A stretch of 64,000 bases of DNA. It comes from a bacterium (GTDB lineage: Bacteria; SAR324; NAC60-12). How positions within the stretch are numbered: the stretch's first letter is position 1; each line of letters starts with the position of its first letter. The translations under genes and the position numbers were made by a program. This document shows positions 60,159-64,000 of this stretch, piece after piece. Where the stretch lies: contig CBDBHR010000004.1 in assembly GCA_965205865.1 (NCBI GenBank), forward strand, positions 1 through 64,000. The letters run 5' to 3'. The notes under the pieces were generated by a model, which was not told where the DNA came from, did no database searches, and saw only the letters and a list, made by a program, of their open reading frames with translations.

Positions 60159-61341
60159 TAGTGTATTGCCTGTTTAATACATTGTATTATTGGTCATTTG
60201 GTAGACAGGTTTGAGTTTGTTGATAATTTCTTCGGCAGTTTTAGTCCAGACATAGGGTTTTGGGTTGCGATTGTGTGTCTCGATGTAACTATGGATGGCT
60301 TCGGTCAACTCGAGCACGCTTTTGAAGGCGCCTCGTCGAATCCGTTCTGCAGTGATCTTGCCAAAAAAGCGTTCCACCATGTTCAGCCATGAGGAGGAAG
60401 TAGGAATGAAATGCGGGTGAAATCGCGGGTGTTTTTTGAGCCATTCTTTCACCTTAAGATGTTTGTGGGTGGCGTAATTGTCCAGGATCAAGTGTACCTG
60501 CAGTTGCTTCGAGGTAGTCTTGTCAATAAGACGCAGGAAGCGCAGATACTCTTGGTGTCGGTGCCGTTTTTCACAGCGAGCGAGCACTTCCCCTGTCTGC
60601 GTATTCAAAGCAGTAAACAGACAGCAGGTGCCATGACGGATATAATCATGAGTTCTGGTGCCATTGCGCCCTGGTTTCAGTGGCAGACCTGGCTGGGTGC
60701 GATCGAGTGCCTGGATTTGTGATTTCTCATCGACGCTCAAGACCAGCGCTTTCTCAGGAGGATTCATGTACAAACCGATGACATCTTTCAGTTTCGCAGT
60801 GAAATGCTTATCATGCGACAACTTAAATGTTTTTTCCAGATGAGGCTTGAGGCGATGGGCCTTCCATACTTTACCGACGGTTGTCTTGCCTACGCCAACT
60901 GCCTTGGCCATCGATCGCGTGCTCCAATGGGTACGGTCCTCAGGCTTCTCTTCAATGGTTTTCTTCACAATCTCCTCGATTTTATCCGCTCCATAAATGC
61001 GTGTCCTGCCAGGCCGCGGATCATCATTGAGACCTGTTATTCCTTTTTCAACAAAGCGCCGTCGCCACTTTCCAACGGCATTACCGCTGGTTCCAAGCGT
61101 TTTGGCAATTTCTTGATTCTTAAGGCCATCAGCAGCCAACAGGATGATGCGCGCACGACGAGTGTCTCGCATCGCTCCGGTATGACGGCGTGCGGTTTTG
61201 CCCAATTCATCCCGTTCTTCCCGGGTCAGTTTTATACTTGGTGCTTTTCTCATGCTGTCTCCATATATGCAAAAAAAAGGACAGCTCGTAGTATAGCAAA
61301 CCAAGGATTTTTTTACACATTAATAAAAGAGCGACACACTA
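60159..61341 (-). mobile_element. IS630 family element, apparently intact transposase (60174-61253)
   Basis: HTH, SVDEKSQIQAL, ILDNYATH, SSWLNMVERFF DDE motifs; ends (C)TAGTGT...ACACTA(G) with TA at both ends. Confidence 0.93.
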
Positions 61342-61748
61342 GTATTATGAAACTGAAGTTACGTGAACGATTTTTACAGTTATGCGTCTCATCGAGTTGT
61401 CATTCCTGGCGAAGATCAGGAATCCACCGGGCTGGTGATCCAAGGTGACGTCCCAGCCCTAACATATGGGGTGCAGGAAGTTGTTAACCCCTTGCCCGCC
61501 GGAGGCAATTATACCGGATGAAATATTACTTCAAGGTTTCATCTTGACCTCCATACATGGTATAAAAAACCCTTTTTGGTTCCGGCTATGCCGGGTTAGG
61601 AAACTCCTATGTATAATCGGGTTAACTCCCTATTTTTAGAGCTTCCTCAAGATTTTTCAGGAAAGGCTCTCAGAATCCATATAGAAACGATATTCGTTAA
61701 AGTACACCGGTTCGACGCCAGATGATAAAGGCTAGCTGAGGGGAAACA

Positions 61749-63074
61749 ATGATTGAACTTGCGGTCTGTGATGTGCCGAAACTTGAGGTTAAGCAGGAAC
61801 TTCAACCTGTTGAGAGGGTTGGTCTCGGTAAGGTGCACACATTTTGCTACAATGTCAGTGACCATAACGAACTTCCTCACGTGATAAAATTTTCTGGCGG
61901 AAGGTCAAGCGGTCTGCTTCTATTTATCCTTCTTGAATCAGGTCTTCTCAAAGCCGAACGAGGCGATGTGGTGGTGTTTAACAATACGTCGGCCGAGCAC
62001 CCTGCCACGTATGACTTTGTCGGGCGCTGCAAGGACATAACCGAACACAGATATGGTATCCCATTTTTTCTGATTGAGTTTCAGACATATGAGGATGCCC
62101 GCAACGGAGAGTGGACACGTCTTCCCACGTATCGTCTTGTACATCCCACTCCCTTCTCCGAGACGTATACAGACGGTTATCGTTGGCGTGGCGAAGTATT
62201 TGAGGAACTGCTGTCATGGACAGGATACACACCGAATCAGTTCCGGCGCACGTGTACCTCAAATCTGAAGCTGGAGTCGACACGGGCATTCTTGAAGGAC
62301 TGGTTCACCTGTAAGCGGGAAACTAAACGTCTCGGTCATTTTGGCAAGAGCAGCCATATTGACGATGATGAACTATACGAGCGCCATAGACGCAATAAGG
62401 GGAGCGTTCCTCGAGACATATTGCTGGAGAAAAAGACATTTGTTCGCTCAAGACCGGTATTTCGTCCATCACAACGTTTTACGGAATACTCCCGAGCCGT
62501 TGCTCCTATTACTAATCCACATCTTGAAGGGAAGAATTTTAGGGATGTTGAGTATCTTGCTTTCGTAGGACTCCGGTATGATGAGAAACGGCGCGTGATA
62601 AGGGTCCGAAAACGCAACAGCGGCGGCCCGGAATCCACTGGCTATGAGGGTGAACATGTGTACCTTCCTCTGAGTGATATAGGTATGACAAAGGAGCGTG
62701 TTGAGGCTTTCTGGAAGAAACAGGAATGGGACTTGGTACTCAAAACTGAAGATGGGCTTTCCAATTGTACTTTCTGTTTTCTCAAGGGCATCCAAGGGCT
62801 GCGCAAAGTTCGTTCAGCCATAGGACCCAATCTTGACAAAAGTTTTAAAAATACGCCCAGTGATCTTGAATGGTGGATAGGGATTGAGAAGAAATATGGT
62901 CGTGACTTAGAGGCTGAAAAACGCGACATTCGCAGCCCTGTTGCAAATAATTTCATCGGCTTTTTTGGTACGCAAAGCGGTTTTTCGTATCAACGGCTGG
63001 CACAGTTGGAGAGTGATGAGGCTGATTTGGCCTGCTATGCGAACAACGTTTTGCCATGTGACTGTACGGACTGA
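61749..63074 (+). CDS. PAPS reductase / adenine nucleotide alpha hydrolase family protein
   Basis: FSGGRSSG PP-loop, NTSAEH, CTSNLK, GLRYDE, SNCTFCFLK, C-terminal PCDCTD. Confidence 0.85.
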   Translation: MIELAVCDVPKLEVKQELQPVERVGLGKVHTFCYNVSDHNELPHVIKFSGGRSSGLLLFILLESGLLKAERGDVVVFNNTSAEHPATYDFVGRCKDITEHRYGIPFFLIEFQTYEDARNGEWTRLPTYRLVHPTPFSETYTDGYRWRGEVFEELLSWTGYTPNQFRRTCTSNLKLESTRAFLKDWFTCKRETKRLGHFGKSSHIDDDELYERHRRNKGSVPRDILLEKKTFVRSRPVFRPSQRFTEYSRAVAPITNPHLEGKNFRDVEYLAFVGLRYDEKRRVIRVRKRNSGGPESTGYEGEHVYLPLSDIGMTKERVEAFWKKQEWDLVLKTEDGLSNCTFCFLKGIQGLRKVRSAIGPNLDKSFKNTPSDLEWWIGIEKKYGRDLEAEKRDIRSPVANNFIGFFGTQSGFSYQRLAQLESDEADLACYANNVLPCDCTD

Positions 63075-63158
63075 CGACTCATCGACTAGCAGGCGATTTA
63101 TCTCGACAATGCGGCAGATATTCTTGCCGAGGCCGCTGTAATGAAAAGGAAATAGATT

Positions 63159-64000
63159 ATGGATACGCGTTCAAGGCAGATTGAAGATTGGATAAACGAA
63201 GTTCGGCGTGGAATTGTTCGTTTACCCAGATTCCAGCGTGAAGAGGTTTGGACACCGAATCATATTGAAAATTTTTTTGAGGCAATTTTGAAAAAAAGTC
63301 CTCTGGGTGTCTTTCTTGTCCTTGAAGTAGATTCGAATAAGCAACCATTTGAAACGCGGCCACTTGCCGATGCGCAGAACAATGGCGAGAAGTGCAGAGA
63401 GCATCTGTTGGATGGTCAACAGCGTCTGGTGGCTTTATGGAGAAGCTTCAAAGACAATCATGAAAGCCAGAGCTTCTATGTAACTTTTGTGAAGTCCGAG
63501 AATGGATTCAAAGAAACGGGTGTACGAGCAATATCAAAGAAAGGAAAGGATAAGAACAAAATTGGCAATCCCATCGAAGAGTTTAGTCAAGGATGGATAC
63601 CAGTAAGAATTCTGAATCCAGGAGAATCTGGCTCCAAACAAGCAACTGCTTGGCGCATCTCGGTCTCGAAACTGGGAGATGAAGAATCCATCTCGGTAAT
63701 AGTTGATCGGCTTAGAAGTAAGATAATCGGAACTGTAATTCCATATCTATCCTTGCCTCTAGACACCTCTAAAGAAGAAGCAATAGACATTTTTATTGAA
63801 ACCAACAGATCGTCTGTACGCTTGTCTCCTTATGATCTTGCTGTTGCCCAAATGGAGGAGCAGACATCTGAGTCTTTGAAAGAAAAAGTGGCAGATTTGA
63901 TACGTGATGTTCCGAGAATCAAGGAGTTGGAAAACGATGCGGGTGATCTGGTTCTGAAGGTGCAATGCCTTTTGGAGGGGAAGACCCCAACTTACGGGAA
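63159..64000 (+). CDS. DUF262 (GmrS/SspE-type ParB-like) domain protein, runs off the window
   Basis: Manual translation MDTRSRQIEDW..LPRFQREEVW..LLDGQQRL..FIETN..LSPYDL; not in the ORF track because no stop in window. Confidence 0.88.
   Translation, partial: MDTRSRQIEDWINEVRRGIVRLPRFQREEVWTPNHIENFFEAILKKSPLGVFLVLEVDSNKQPFETRPLADAQNNGEKCREHLLDGQQRLVALWRSFKDNHESQSFYVTFVKSENGFKETGVRAISKKGKDKNKIGNPIEEFSQGWIPVRILNPGESGSKQATAWRISVSKLGDEESISVIVDRLRSKIIGTVIPYLSLPLDTSKEEAIDIFIETNRSSVRLSPYDLAVAQMEEQTSESLKEKVADLIRDVPRIKELENDAGDLVLKVQCLLEGKTPTYG

Noticed and set aside
1-64000. rRNA, tRNA or prophage structural genes
   Set aside because: None recognised by eye; tRNAscan/Infernal would be needed to exclude small RNAs

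Overview
Bacterial genomic window with two kinds of DNA. (i) ~1-26.5 kb is an accessory mosaic. It holds a family of cluster-C (Opp/Dpp-type) ABC substrate-binding protein (SBP) loci: two full genes in a ~3.9 kb tandem duplication, one 5' fragment and one orphan 3' end. It also holds a peptide ABC permease pair, AraC, a dimethylformamidase large-subunit-like gene, a shredded type I RM locus, HicAB, a PhyH dioxygenase, ISL3/IS91/RAYT-type remnants and many abrupt fusions of unrelated gene fragments. (ii) ~26.5-60 kb is mostly housekeeping: pmbA/tldD, BatA-like vWA, ppk2-CYTH-ParA-CHAD, MFS, amtB, comM, FAAL-ACP-acyltransferase, monomeric IDH, XerD-like, GCS2 ligase, cobO, cobB. A catabolic block interrupts it at 40-49 kb. 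The window ends with IS630 and a PAPS-reductase-family + DUF262 pair. Gene style suggests a marine deltaproteobacterial (SAR324-like) host carrying Chloroflexota-like transport/catabolic genes; this is inference only. Homopolymer frameshifts suggest an error-prone assembly, so junction-based claims need read support. Best leads: an SBP array with clustered diversification and shared promoter/heptamer/leader/hairpin modules, with one leader fused to an unrelated enzyme; three co-oriented IS91-type ori ends partitioning the island; in-frame palindrome insertions in three housekeeping proteins; a catalytically altered XerD; a ParA-CHAD polyphosphate cluster; and a PAPS-reductase/DUF262 candidate defence pair. 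All alignments and motif calls were made by eye.
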